In this document: in pieces, positions 26,070 through 39,577 of the stretch
How positions within the stretch are numbered: the first letter of the stretch is position 1
How the letters are laid out: the number at the start of each line of letters is the position of its first letter
Assembly (NCBI RefSeq): GCF_030144855.1
Contig: NC_082710.1
Location: 149,296,001-149,360,000 of the forward strand
Origin: Hypanus sabinus
Lineage: Eukaryota
DNA length: 64,000 nucleotides
Direction of reading: 5' to 3'
Position numbers and translations under genes: made by a program
Notes under the pieces: model-generated
Seen by the model: only the letters and a program-made list of their open reading frames with translations
Told to the model about the DNA's origin: nothing
Database searches by the model: none

Positions 26070-26270
26070 CACACCATGATGGATCTTTAAAGGCTGCTCT
26101 GAGGATTTCCCTGACGGATAAGTGTCGTCACGATCGTCTCCCGTGGGTCCTGCTGGGGCTCAGAATTACTCCAAAGGAGGACCTGCAGTCATCCTCGGCT
26201 GAGCTGGTGTACGGGCAGCCATTACAAGTGCTGGGTAATTTCATTTCTGACACCAGGATCTCAGGTCGGC
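26070..26270 (+). mobile_element. Gypsy integrase fragment
   Basis: SLKAALRISL...LPWVLLGLRITPKEDLQSSSAELVYGQPL. Confidence 0.75.
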
Positions 26271-26516
26271 CTCTCAGCAGCGTTCGCTGGATGCACACCA
26301 ACACCCCTTAGGTACCCTTACGATGGTCCATTCTGTCTGCTGCCCCACCATTACAATATCTGGGTTATGACCGCAGGAAAAAGTGGCTGGACTCGCTTAG
26401 CACTATGGAGCAAGGGTGTTTATTAAGCTTGTCAAAATCAAACTAACAAAAGTTAGCAAAAATAAAACTGCCAATATATATACAAAAGGCTATCTAACAG
26501 AAAACACAACAAATAA

Positions 26517-26550
26517 ATCCTGATGAAGGGTCTCGGCCCGAAACGTTGAC
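26517..26550 (+). ncRNA. Minimal type I hammerhead ribozyme motif in a Penelope-derived repeat (best-preserved copy)
   Basis: CTGATGA-A-GGGT CTCG GCCC-GAAA-CGTT-GAC. The core, stem II and palindromic ACGT stem III are intact; stem I is weak. Confidence 0.55.
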
Positions 26551-26900
26551 TCTTTATTCTTTTCCATGGACGCTGCCTGGCCTGCTGAGTTCCTCCAGCA
26601 TTTTGTGTGTGCTGCTTGGATTTCCAGCATCCGCCGATTTTCTCGTCTGAATAGCCCCACACTATTTTTGTCCAGTCTGAACTCCTGGCAGCTCGATCGC
26701 TCACTCACACTGAGAGCGAACCGCCCCGTTTTCTTAAGGCACCAGGGCATAACATTGGAATTACCCACAACGTTAACTTAAGACTGCAAATAAATCAGAA
26801 TATGATGCACAATGCAGTTACACTCATATTACAAAATAACTGACATCCACCTTAAATACTACAAACAACAACATACACACATTTACAGATCCCCATTATT

Positions 26901-28449
26901 CTTTCCAATATTATTATTAATTTACATATAAGAATACAGAGTACTGTACAAGAAAAAATATATCAATATATTATACTAAATTGCATATAAAGACTCCTTA
27001 CCCTATATTCATACAGACTAATTAATTTGTAACATTGAAATATAGTAATTTTATTATTTTTTAAAAATCTAACCCACTACCAAGACCGAAGCTGATTAGT
27101 AAAGAAAAAAAAGGAAAAAAATTATTAGTCATCATCTGTGCTTTAACAGCAAATCAAAGGTTTTGAAAATAATTCAAAAGAGGTTCCCACAATGTTTGTA
27201 AGTCTTGGCTAGATTCAGAGATGTAACATCATACCTTCTCTAAATTTAAACATGACATCACATCACCTAACCATTGGGCGTGAATAGGAGGGATCACATC
27301 TTTCCATTTAAGCAAGAGCATCCTTCTGGCCATAAGAGAAATAAAAGACAAAATGTGCAAGTCAGATGACTCCAAAATAATATCCTTTCCTTCAACAATA
27401 TCAAATAAAGTGGTCAAAGGATTAGGCGTAAAGTTTACTTTTTTAAACCCTCTAAGATTGATGTGGCTTTTAAAGAATGGAATAGATTAGGTATTCAATG
27501 CTTTCAGGACTTGTTTGTAGAAGGAAGTTTCTTTTCAATTGAACAACTGTCAACTAAATATAGGTTACCCAAAACTCATTTTTTTCAATACCTACAAATA
27601 AGAGATTTTTTTACGGTCTCAAATAAGTACATTTCCTAAAAGACCTGATCAGAATCTACTAGATGTAATTTTTAATTTGAAACCTTTCTATAATGGATCT
27701 ATATCTAATATTTATAATATGCTGTTGGGAATGAGAAGTGTTCCTTTAGATAAAGTTAAAAATCTTTGGGAACAAGATTTACAGACTTCAATTTCTGTGG
27801 AAACTTGGAATCAAATTTTTAAATTGGTTAGCACTTCATCGTTATGTGTCCGCCACTCTACAATTTAAAGTGGTCCATAGGGCCCAGATGACCAAGGACA
27901 AGTTGTCTCATTTTTATTTAGATATATTTCCGTATTGTGATAAATGTAATAATGGAGAAGCTTCATTCATTCATATGTTTTTGTCATGCTTGTGGTTGGC
28001 TTTAACACTCCTTTCTCCCTGATTATGCCCTAATTTCAGTCATTAGATCTCCAATTGCTGCTAGTTTACTCAATTACAGTACACGTGGTTTTCATCAGAG
28101 ACTGAAATAAGTACGATGGTGTCACTATCACAGGTTGCCAGTTTGTTAGTCTTTTCCCATGTGATAACTTCATTTCCTGACCGCTTAGAACCGTTAGTTC
28201 TAAGTTCAGCTCCAGTTTCAAGATATTCCAGGAAAACCCTGTCTCCGTGTTAAGACTCCATATCAGAGCTCCGTGTCAAGATTCCTTCGGTTTGCTGTTC
28301 AACGTTCACATCTGCGCCCGCATCCCCAACTCAATCTCTGTGCCCGTGTCCTGCACTTGGGTTCTCCTCATTTGCTCCGTGCAACAGTTTTGGACATGTC
28401 CGACTGTTGGAAAATATTGGAAAAAAGTATTTCAAACTTTCTCGATACT
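26901..28449 (-). mobile_element. L1 LINE with a 5' inversion (twin priming)
   Basis: The 3' part is on minus (26901-~27446) and the adjacent upstream part on plus (~27441-28449). 13-bp TSD GATCCCCATTATT at 26888-26900 and 28450-28462. Confidence 0.85.
27982..28386. mobile_element. Solo LTR (405 bp) inserted into the inverted L1 segment
   Basis: TG...CA termini with 5-bp TSD GTTTT (27977-27981, 28387-28391). It splits the L1 motif IHMF/WTCP. Confidence 0.85.
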
Positions 28450-29154
28450 GATCCCCATTATTAAAGAAATGGAATATTCCACTGTGTATGGTGGGACTGG
28501 CAGCAAAAACGAATCCATTATAGGAATATACCAGGGGAATAACTGACCTGTGCTCACTTAGCACAATGGCAGCAGAATGTTGTTCTGGGGAGCAGATTCA
28601 CAGACTTGGTAAGTGAGTCTGATGCATATCAATCCTGTATTTACAAGATTCGACCAAATATCCAGGTTCTCCAAGTTGCATGGACAACAAAGCTAAATAT
28701 TCCACAAACAGATACTTAGATTAGATTGTGCATATATTTGCAGAGTACTTTCCCAATAATATTTTGGCACCTGTGGTGACTTCAGTGTGAAAATGAATGC
28801 CTGGGGACAGAAGGAAGAGAGGCTGAGCCCATGCAGTGTGCTGTTCCTTTACTGCCGAGGTGACTGAAAACCAGACAGTGTCTTCACCACAAATAGGAAA
28901 GAGGTGCTGCATCCTTCAAATGGTCCATTCGATAAATGGCACAGTAAAAACGCTCCCGGCTGATGTATAAATTAACCCCCGACATGCCAAATGACAAAGA
29001 ATTTTTTTTCGTAATTTCCCACTTACAGTTTTGTAGATTGAGGGTGAGACCGACAGCATGAATATTCCCCAAGATCCTTTACAAATGGTTGAAGTGCTTT
29101 GACCACGCTTGGCTTTAGACAACCACATCATCTCGGCAGGCCACACTACAGTCC

Positions 29155-29530
29155 TCACAACCTTGCAGGACTCGGTCCATCAGTCGCTGGAGAACTATGA
29201 GGATCACGGGGCATCATGGTGAATGGAAGCAGACCCAGGGTGTGTGGAAGGTAGTGATTGGTTGTCCAGGGGAACCTGCCAGTAGCCTTTATTACGATCC
29301 AGTGTAGTGATATCATTTGCCCTCTGATCATTTCCAGTAGATCGTCAATACGAGACATGGGATAGGCTTCAAGTAAGGAAATGGCATTTAACTTCCGGAA
29401 ATCAATGCATAACCTCAGGGTACCATCCTTCCCGGGGACAGTAACAGTAGGACAGCTCCACTCACTATCTGGAGGCTCGATGACTCCCAGCTCTGGCTTG
29501 GTCCAATTCTCATTATTCAGGGCTCCCACA
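29155..29530 (-). mobile_element. Gypsy reverse transcriptase fragment
   Basis: LGVIEPPDSEWSCPTVTVPGKDGTLRLCIDFRKLNA...AYPMSRIDDLL. Confidence 0.88.
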
Positions 29531-29904
29531 GTTCACTCTGGCAGTCTGTGGCAGTGTTGGCGTAGTGAACCCTGATCCTGAAGGAGTGTGTTAGGACCTT
29601 TGTCAGCCCTGGTCTCTGCTGGAACAACTGAGGAAAACCAGCAAACACTCTCTGAAGCTCCACTGGTTGTTTGTCATCGAGGTGGGAGAGGTCAACCTTC
29701 CCAGTCCCCTTCCAGGCCTCAATAACCCCTTCCAGTCCTCAATAACCCCTTCCAAACCATCAATGAACACATCATCCATACGAATATCAAAGAGGCAGGA
29801 GGACCAGCATATCTCCCATGGTGCCATTGCCTGCATAACTTGCGTGGCCTTTTTACCCCCTCGCGCAGACTGGCATCAAGTCAGGCAGAGGTTGCAACCC
29901 GGAC

Positions 29905-30629
29905 TTCAGACAGTCCTTCCAGGTGAGGTGACACTTCACCTGTAAGTCGGCTGGAGTGGTATACTGCGTCAGGTGCTCCCGGTGCGGCCTTTTATATATT
30001 GGTGAGACCCGACGCAGACTGGGAGACCTACGTTCTGTCTGCCAGAGAAAGCAGGATCTCCCAGTGGCCACACATTTTAATTCCATGTCCCATTCCCATT
30101 CTGATATGTCTATCCTTGGCCTCCTCTACTGTCAAGATGCAGCCAAAGACACTCAGGTTGGAGGAACAACACCTCATATCATGTCTGGGTAGCCTCCAAC
30201 CTGATGGCATGAATATTGACTTCTCTAACTTCCATTAATGCCCCGCCTCCCCTTCTTACCCCATCCCTGATTTACTTATACTCCCCTCCTTTTTTTCTCT
30301 CCCTGCCCATCACTCTTTGTCTGTTCTCCATTTCCGTCTGGTGCTCCCCTCCCCCTTTCTTTCTCCCTAGGCCTCCTGTCCCATGATCCTTTCCCTTCTC
30401 CAGCTCTGTATCCCTTTTGTCAATCACCTTTCCAGCTCTTAGCTTCAGCCCACCCCCTCCTGTCTTCTCCTATCAGTTCAGATTTACCCCTCCCCCTCCT
30501 ACTTTCAAATCTCTTACTATCTTTTCTTTCAGTTAGTCCTCATGAAGGGTCTCGGCCTGAAACGTTGACAGTGCTTCTCCCTATAGATGCTGCCTGGCCT
30601 GCTGTGTTCCACCAGCATTTTGTGTGTGT
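29905..30629 (+). mobile_element. Penelope-like element 3' part (GIY-YIG endonuclease plus pLTR with a mutated hammerhead motif)
   Basis: VVYCVRCSRCGLLYIGETRRRLGD...EEQHLI, then a pyrimidine-rich tract and gtcctcatgaagggtctcggcctgaaacgttgac. Confidence 0.88.
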
Positions 30630-31477
30630 AACCCAGACTTTACTTTGGTTTTAGCACAAGTCATGGCAAAATAAGAAACACACCCTGTACTACTGGATTA
30701 ACCAACAGATATGATTGGCTATGCCCCTTCCTCAGTAACTCATATAACAAGGGCAAATCTCGCTCCATGATTCATGTCAGCTGATAGTTTCTCCTGAAAA
30801 CCCACCTTCATCAAGGCCATAACTGTTCTTTTTTAATGTAAGTTAAGCTTCAGTTAAGAACCGAGTTTGAATTCTTTCTTGTAAGACTCCACAAACTTAA
30901 TGATCTGTCGGTGCATCCGTAAGCCCATTTCCGAAATACTAGTTTCTTCTGTTCAGCCACATACGGTGAAATGGATTCTCCTGCTTTTTGACTCTGTTTA
31001 TAAAACCTAAAGAGTTCTGTAATCAACAACATCTTTGGTTCTAAATATCCCTGCATTCCTTTCACAATATCAGCAAAGCTCATTTCTGCCGGTTTGGTTG
31101 GAGCAAACATTATGCCCTTAAACCCTGACCCCTGAATTCTTCCGTGTTTTCTGCCTGTTTTAAATGGTCTGTCTCTGCTCATGCTGTGCTGTTTCTTTCA
31201 CTCGCTGTTCCTCGGTGGGCTTCAACAGGTCGGTAGCTATTGTTATATTTCGTAAATTCAAAACATTAAACCAGTTCAAAGGAAAACAAGAGAGTTGGGA
31301 GATTAGTCGTGTACTTTGTTTTGTCTTACTTTAAGCAAGGCGTGGACTTACCACGTGGTAGCATGACGACATGTGCAAGTCATGTATTTATACATATAAC
31401 TCGTAATTAATTATTTAAACCAACAACAATGCTTAATACAAGGTCACTCATACTTCTGAAATACTAACTACACAACA
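30630..31477 (-). mobile_element. Gypsy element 5' portion: LTR (31241-31477) plus gag fragment
   Basis: LTR with TG...CA termini. Minus gag-like APTKPAEMSFADIVK...LEPK...FRFYKQSQKAGESI. Confidence 0.8.
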
Positions 31478-31691
31478 CCACACACACCCCGCTGCAATCC
31501 TGGGGACACACCACTCCAAGCTGGCTGGGAATTGTCCGGTTGACCTGCTGCCACAAAACTCCTTCAGCCCCGGAGTGGCAGCAGGACACGGCTGGATCTG
31601 CCAGAACGACCAGTGAGAGTAGAACTGTCTTACTGATCACACCTCTCTGTGACCTCTCCAAGATTACGCCAGCAACCAATGGACAGACAGT

Positions 31692-33414
31692 TCAGTTTTC
31701 ACTAAGGAAGACACAAGCAATCTCCCAGATGTTTGGATGGGCCAAGGACATAGGGTAACAGAGGAAATGAAACAGATTGACATTCGGAAGGAAACGGTGA
31801 TGAGAAGACTGATGGGACTGAAGGCTGACAAATCCCCAGGTCCAGATGGTCTGCACCCTAGGGTACTAAAGGAGGTGGCCCTGGAAATTGCAGATGCATT
31901 GGTAATCATTTTCCAATGGTCCTTAGATTCAGGATCAGTTCCTGAGGATTGGAGAATGGCTAATATTATCCCACTTTTTAAGAAAGGAGGGAGGGAGAAA
32001 ACAGAGAACTATCGACCTGTCAGCCTGACATCAGTGGTGGGGAAGATGCTAGAGTCCATTATTAAGGATGAAATAGTGGCATATCTAGATAGCAGTGATA
32101 GTATTGAGCTGAGCCAGCATGGATTTACCAAGGGTAAATCATGCTTGACTAATCTGTTGGAGTTTTTCGAGGATGTAACCAGGAAGTTAGACGGGGGAGA
32201 TCCAGTGGATGTAGTGTACCTCGATTTTCAGAAGGCATTTGATAAGGTCCCACATAGAAGATTGGTGCGTAAAATCAAAGCTCAGGGCATCGGGGGAAAG
32301 GTATTGACATGGATAGAAAACTGGTTGGCAGATAGAAAGCAAAGGGTAGCAGTGAATGGGTGTTTCTCGGAATGGCAGGTGGTGACTAGTGGGGTGCCAC
32401 AGGGCTCGGTATTGGGACCACAGCTGTTTACCATTTACATTAACGATTTGGATGAAGGCATAGAAAATAACATCAGCAAATTTGCTGATGATACTAAGGT
32501 GGGTGGCAGTGTGACATGTGATGAGGATGTTAGGAGAATTCAGGGTGACTTGGATAGGCTGGGTGAGTGGGCAGATACTTGGCAGATGGCGTTTAATGTG
32601 AATAAGTGTGAGGTTATCCACTTTGGGAGTAAGAACAAGATGGCAGATTATTATCTGAATGGTATAGAGTTGGGTAAGGGAGTAATACAAAGAGATCTCG
32701 GAGTCCTTGTTCATCAGTCACTGAAGGTGAATGAGCAAGTGCAGCAGGCAGTGAAGAAGACTAATGGAATGTTGGCCTTTATTACAAAGGGAATTGAGTA
32801 CAACAGCAAGGAAATCCTCTTGCATTTGTACGGAGCCCTGGTGAGACCACACCTGGAGTATTGTGTACAGTTTTGGTCTCCAGGGTTAAGGAAGGACATC
32901 CTGGCTGTAGAGGAAGTGCAGCGTAGATTCACAAGGTTAATTCCTGGGATGTCTGGACTGTCTTACGCAGAGAGGTTAGAGAGACTGGGCTTGTACACAC
33001 TGGAATTAAGGAGATTGAGAGGGGATCTGATTGAAACGTATAAGATTATTAAGGGATTGGACAAGATAGAGGCGGGAAATATGTTCCAGATGCTGGGAGA
33101 GTCCAGTACCAGAGGGCATGGTTTGAGAATAAGGGGTAGGTCATTTAGTACAGAGGTAAGGAAAAACTTCTTCTCCCAGAGAGTTGTGGGGTTCTGGAAT
33201 GCACTGCCTCAGAAGGTAGTGGAGGCCAATTCTCTGGATGCTTTCAAGAAGGAGCTAGATAGATATCTGTGGATAGGGGAATCAAGGGATATGGGGACAA
33301 GGCAGGAACCGGGTATTGATAGTAGTTGATCAGCCATGATCTCAAAATGGCGGTGCAGGCTCGAAGGGCCGAATGGTCTACTTCTGCACCTATTGTCTAT
33401 TGTCCATTGTCTAT
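31692..33414 (+). mobile_element. Young 5'-truncated CR1 LINE with a long open RT frame (31737-33329, 530 aa)
   Basis: [34 protein letters not shown] and KFADD are all in one frame. (tattgtc)n tail. Confidence 0.96.
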
Positions 33415-36400
33415 TTTGTTTTAATGTATGAAGTCGAATGTGTTTTAAGATTTGACAACCCCTTATACATGTTTGAAATGATTCTACTACCATTATCTGA
33501 ATTATATGCTTTTCTAAGGAGCTCTCTCAAGCATGTATTTGCCTTGGTTACATTTCTAAGCATCTTATTAACATATTGTCGCATCTGTAAATACCGATAA
33601 AAATCTTGTTTTTCTAATAAGTGTTTCTCTTTAAGCATTTCAAAACTGAACAGTGTTCCTTCTTACATTATGTTGCAAAGAACTGTTATTCATTTAGCTG
33701 TCCAGTCCTTAAATCTACCATCCAATTTATTTGATGTAAAATCCGAGTCATATCCACACCATTTAAGAATTGCAATATCTCCCTCTAGATAATATTCTTT
33801 TCCATATTTTAAGAGTCAATTTCACCCATGGGTTATTAATAGAATTTATGTACCTTTGCAGGTTGTTATCAGCCAAAATTGCTTGGATGGGGATGGGAAG
33901 TATCCGCTCCTCAATGTTTTTCCATTGAGCATCATATGATGGGTTGCACCAGCATATCACAGCTCTCAACTGTGCTGCAAAATAATAATCTCTAAGAGAA
34001 GGTAGGCCCCATCCCCCCCTTTCCTTTGCTAATTGCAAAGTTTTGAGATGAACTCTGGGCCTCTTACCTTGCCAAGTATACCATGATAGCATCTTGTTCC
34101 ATTCATTGAATTGATTTTGATTCATCTCTATTGGTAGGGTCTGAAAGAGATATAACAGCCTGGGCAGTTTATTCATTTTAATAGACTCAATCCTTGAACT
34201 GACACTGAAAAAAGGAATCAGGTTCCATCTTGCCACATCTTCCTTAATTTTTTTTATATAAAGGCTGATAATTACATTCTGATAATTTTGCCAAATCTTT
34301 TGGCATAATGATGCTCAAATATTTGAAAGATTCTGTGTGCCATGCCCAGGGGTATCGACTTTCAATTTCTCTTGGTGGGCTATAGTAATATGAAAGTAAT
34401 TGGGTTTTATCTATGTTGATCTTGTATCCTGATAGTTGACCATATTGTTCAAAGGATTGCATCAATTTAGGTAAAGAGTATGTTGGTTGCCCTAGATAGA
34501 TCAAAATGTCATCCGCATAACAAGCCAGTTTATGCTCTGTCCCTTTAATAGTAATTCCCCTGATATTGTCTGATATGTTGAGCTAATAGTTCTAGATATA
34601 GCGCAAAGAGTAGTGGTGAACATGCACAACCCTGTCTCGTGCCCCTTTCTAGGGTAAGACTATTTGATAAATATCCATTGATTTTAATCCTGGTAGTAGG
34701 ATTATCATATAGTGTCTGTATAGTTTTAATAATTGTGTCTTGGAAACCAAATCTATGTAAAACTCTGGAAAGAAAATTCCAATTAACCAAATCAAATGCT
34801 TTTTCAGCATTCAGGCTTATCACTATTGCTTCGATTTTATTTTTTTGTATATGATCCATAATGTGAAGTGTCCTTTGTATATTGTCCTGTGTCTGGTGTT
34901 GTCGTATAAAACCTGTCTGATCGTTACGTATCAGTATAGGTAGAAACTCCTCTAATTATTTGGCCATGATGGAAGTAAATAACCTATAATCTACATTAAG
35001 AATGGATATTGGTCTAAATGACCTGCATTCCATTTTATCCTTGCCTTCTTTTGGTAAGCTGAGACTATCGCTTCCTTCCAACTGGGTGGCATTTGTGCCT
35101 TTTTTAGAGCCCAGTTCAGTGTGGGGAGTAAAACAGGAATTAACTCATTTTTAAATTCTTTGTACCGCTTTGTTGTATACCCATCTGATCCTGGTGACTT
35201 GCTTAATTTAAGCCTACTAATTGCAGCTTTTAATTCAACTTCAGTTATGTCAGCAGTCATCGTTCTATTTTGTTCTTCACTTAAAGTGGGCAACACTAGA
35301 GAATTCAAGAAGGTGTCAATTTGGGTTATGCTTCCCCCTGGAACTTTGGAATATAGCATTTTGTAAAACACTTCAAAAGCTTCTTGAATTTCACATAGCT
35401 TATTTTTTATCATTTTCGTTCTTGGGTCCCTAATTCTATGAATTGTATTGTCTGCAATCTTTTTTTTCAGTTTCCATGTGTATTTTCATAGATTTTGATC
35501 TACTTTCATAATGTTTCTGTTTCAGAAACAATAAGTTTTTCCTGATTTCTTGCGTAGTCAAATTACTTATTTCATTCCTAATTCTTTTAATGTCCCCTAA
35601 TGTATCCTGTGCCAAATTCAATTTGTGTTTTTTCTCTAGTTCCTTCAGCCTATTTTGTAATTCCTCTAATGTTTTATTCCTTATTTTTTTCTTATATGAA
35701 GATATAGCTATAATTTTCCCTCTTAAGACCACCTTCAGTGTATCCCATAAAATGGCAGGTGAAACCTCTCTATTATCATTAAATTCTAAGTAGAGGCCAA
35801 TTTCTTTTTTAATTTGTTCCTTGAAGTACAGATCATTGAGTAGACTTGAATAGTATTCTTTGGTTGTAGGTCAAAATCAACAGATAAATATATAGGTGCA
35901 TGGTCACTTACATCTATTGTCCCAATTCTACAGGTGTTTATTTTGTCTTTGTCTTTTCTAAGTGTTATGAAATAGTCTATTCTTGTATATACAGAATGGG
36001 GAGCAGAATAATGAGTGCAATCCCTTCTGTCGGGGAAAAGGTCCCTCTATATATCAATTAAACCAACATCCTCAAAAAGTGTATTAACTTTCTTATGTAA
36101 AGATTTTGTTTGATAGGTTTTTCTAATGGAAGAGTCTAAGTTTGGTTGTAATTGTAAATTTAAGTCTCCCCCACATATCAGGAGACCTTCTGTTTCCATT
36201 ACCATAATATCAGTAATTTTCTGAAAGGAACCAATATCACTTCCCGGAGGTGCGTATATATTCAATGGAGTAACTGAATTGCCGTCTATATTCCCCCTTA
36301 CCAGAATATATCTGCCCTCTTTATCTCCCATTTCGAATACTTTTTCAAAATTTAGCTTACTTGAGATAAGAATAGCAACTCCTCTCCTATGTCCTAATTT

Positions 36401-37950
36401 ATATGAGGAGAAAAACAGATTAGTGAAGCCCATTCTCTTTAGTTTTTTACGCTCATTATCATTTAAATGAGTTTCCTGTAAATATACTACATGGGCTTGT
36501 TCTTTTTTCATTTTGGATAAAATTCTCTTACATTTGATTGGATTTAATAGCCCGTTGACATTAAAAGAAATGAATTTTACCTTGTCTTTAGCCATCTATA
36601 TTTATCAGTCAATGTATCATTGAAATTAGAATAAAACTTAATCGATCCACTCCCTGAACAAATAAGAACCTAGAAACGCAAATAATAACAAAAATGGCAA
36701 TGAACGTGTGATTCCAAGGCGGAGGTCTCTAGTACATGACCCTCCGTTGAGCTAGAGGAAATGTCTAGCTGTGGGGGATGTTTAGCTTCTCAACATTTTT
36801 AAAGTTAGCCAAACCTTATGGGTCTTCTGAAGGGGGTGAGGACTGTCTTTGGGAAACTCCTGGTCTCTTCCTGATATATTTCTCTCAGCCTCCTCCCATC
36901 TCCTGCCTTCTCGATTCTCACACTATTTCCCAAGCAGAGCAGGATAATTCCTCAGCCAGGCTTTCCCTCATTTTGGTCACGCTGATGGGCAACCCTCTGG
37001 CCTTCATGTCTGTAGTCGCCTCTTCCACTGTCTGGTACAACCGAGTCCTGTTGTCATAAAACACTCAAAGTTTAGCAGGGTACTGAGTTTGAAATCTAAT
37101 CTTATTTTGCTTTAGTATTCGCTTTACTTCAGATTATTCTTTGCGTTTCTGGAGGACTGGGGGGGTAATCTTGGTCAAAATATATTAATTTATCCTCCAA
37201 AAACACTCTCTTCTTACCCCAGGCTCTTCGTAGAATCTCCACCTTGGTACTGTACCGAAGGAATTTAATTATTATTGAGCATGGCTTTCTATCCTGGGTA
37301 GGTTTCAGGACTAACGCGCGGTGGGCTCTTTCGACTTCCAGCTTCATAGCCAGGGGAAGATCCAACGCATCCTGCAGTAACTTTTCAACAAACTCCGTCA
37401 TAGACGAACCCTCCGCTCCTTCGGGAATGTTATAGATTCTGATATTTTTCCACCTTGATCTTTCCTCCAGGTCAAGCAGTTTACCTTCTTGATGATGTAT
37501 GACTTTTATTGTCTTACTCAGTATCCGTTCCACATTTTGAACGTGATCTTCCACCTTCTCAATTCGAGTCTCTGCCACTGCTATTTTTTGATTGACGCTG
37601 GCGATCTCTGACTTAATATCACGGAGCTGCTGCTTTAATTCTTTCTGAAACTCCATTATTTCTTTCAGGATTTCGAAGATATTCGCTGCTTTGCCTGAGC
37701 GAGGCCCAGCGTGCTCCTCGTTAGCACACTGTTGGGTAGGAGAGCTGCTTGCTGTACTCCTCTCGGACGCAGGCTCTGCAGTGTCGTTTTTTAAATTTCT
37801 TTTCTTTTTCCCCACTCTTGCCCCTCTTTTCAGTTCAAATATTTTTCAAAAAATATTATATTTAATGGGTTAACGTGGCTTAATACGCGTTTTCCGGAGG
37901 AGCTAGTGACTTAAGCCACCATTCTCGACGATGACGTCACCGGAAGTCCC
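33415..37950 (-). mobile_element. 5'-intact L1 LINE, frameshifted, 3' end missing
   Basis: 5' end gggacttccggtgacgtc. ORF1 37129-37815 (DLEERSRWKNIRI...ERAHRA...DQDY). ORF2 EN from 36595 (SFNVNGL...LQETHL...GGDLN) and RT pieces (KSPGSDG, AEKAFD, GTRQGC, YADD). Confidence 0.93.
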
Positions 37951-39577
37951 CTCAAGTATGATTCTATTACTAATCTGTATGTGATTGGAACCTGTTACTT
38001 ACATTTTCTGGTGTGTCCTTGGCCTGATTGAGCGATCTGGTGCTTTGCTGTTTCTCCGTTGGAGTTTGGTGAGATTTGAAGTGGTGTGCACGACCGAGAG
38101 GCCTGGAGATGGAGTGCGAGCCTATGAGCGACTCAATTACTTCTCTCCGATTGAGGGTGAATTTGAGAAAGTCGAGAGTGGAGGTCAGACAGGTGTTTGT
38201 CACCACCCGCCTGTGTTTGACCCGCCTTCCCCTCCTTCTCGGAGGAAAGTCCAGGAGTTTTGCAAACCACATTGCAATGATGGATGGCCTATGGATTAGT
38301 TTTCAGGGGACTTTGAGGTTCATGTTGCATACGTTTCTTAGTTCTGTTTACTGTTTTTTGCTGTTTTTGGTGGTTTGATCTGGGCGATTGGTGCCGACAG
38401 GGACATTTTGATGAAAACTGTGGCCTAAGCTGAATAGTCCTGGATTGATGTTTATTCTGTGTGTTGTTCGCTCACATTTTGACATTTGCACAATTTGCTC
38501 TTCTTTTTGCAGATTGGGTATTTGATGTTTCCTTGAACAGGTTCCATGGTGTTTCTTGTTTCATGGCTGTCTGAGGGAGGACAAATCTCTGAGTTATATT
38601 CTGTATACACACGTTGATAATAAATATACTTTGACTTTGACCCCAGGGGTGGCAGGGTATTCATTAGTCTCACAGCCTCAGGGAAGAAGCTGTTACACAG
38701 CCTGGCATTGCCCTGTACCAGTGAAAAGAACATGGGGACTCCATTTTGCAGCGAATGGAGTGAGATGTGTTTTTACCGTGGCTCTACTTCACTTATCTTA
38801 CATTCTACTGATAGATTCGTTTTAAGTTTGAAGATTCATTATTGCTGTTGAAGGATTTATGACATAACCATGGTGGCAGGATGTCGATCTAGTATTGAAT
38901 TGAGAAGCAGCAAGACTTTTCCCGAAACGGAACAAACGGAACAAATAGAGAAGTCTGAGGAACCTGTTACTTTAGTAGTATTATTCTCTTCAATACAAGA
39001 TATGAAATTTGAATTTGGTTCGCTTAACACTAAGATTGATAAACTGATGGATGCTAACGGGAAGCCTGAAAAATCCATCTTTACTGTTCAAGAATCTCTG
39101 AAGAATTTGGACCTTCAATTTCAGACGCTCAAACATACTACGCAATAGGTTTCAATACGTACATTTAATGTCAGAGAAATGTATACATTATACATCCTAG
39201 TTTACTCACAAGATCAAATATGTGCTTGCACTCTGAGAATGTAAGAACTGATATACGTACTAGCAATGGGAACAATCCAGAGGAGATTCACCAGGCTACT
39301 GTCTGGATGGGAGGGTCGTCCTGTCCAGAGAGGTTAGACAGCTTGTATCTGCATTCTCTGGAGTTTATGAAAATGAGGAGTGATTTATTCAAATATATAA
39401 GATTGTTGGCCGATCCTTTTAAACTGAGGCGCATAGAATATTCTTGTCTTTGAGAGTGGTGAATCCATGGAATTCTCCGCCCCAAGGATGGTGGAGTCAT
39501 GATGATTGGATTTGGATGAAATAATTAATGGCTTCATGGCTGGGTTTGCAGATGATATGAAGGTAAATAGAGGGGCA

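Noticed and set aside
32187-32932. Antisense ORFs over CR1 RT (also 44315-44536, 6987-7342, 22582-22893)
   Set aside because: These are shadow frames of LINE reverse transcriptase sequence.
38857-39148. 92-aa plus ORF with a coiled-coil flavour as a host exon
   Set aside because: No splice context or assignable family. It is more likely a decayed LINE ORF1 fragment, too weak to list as a feature.
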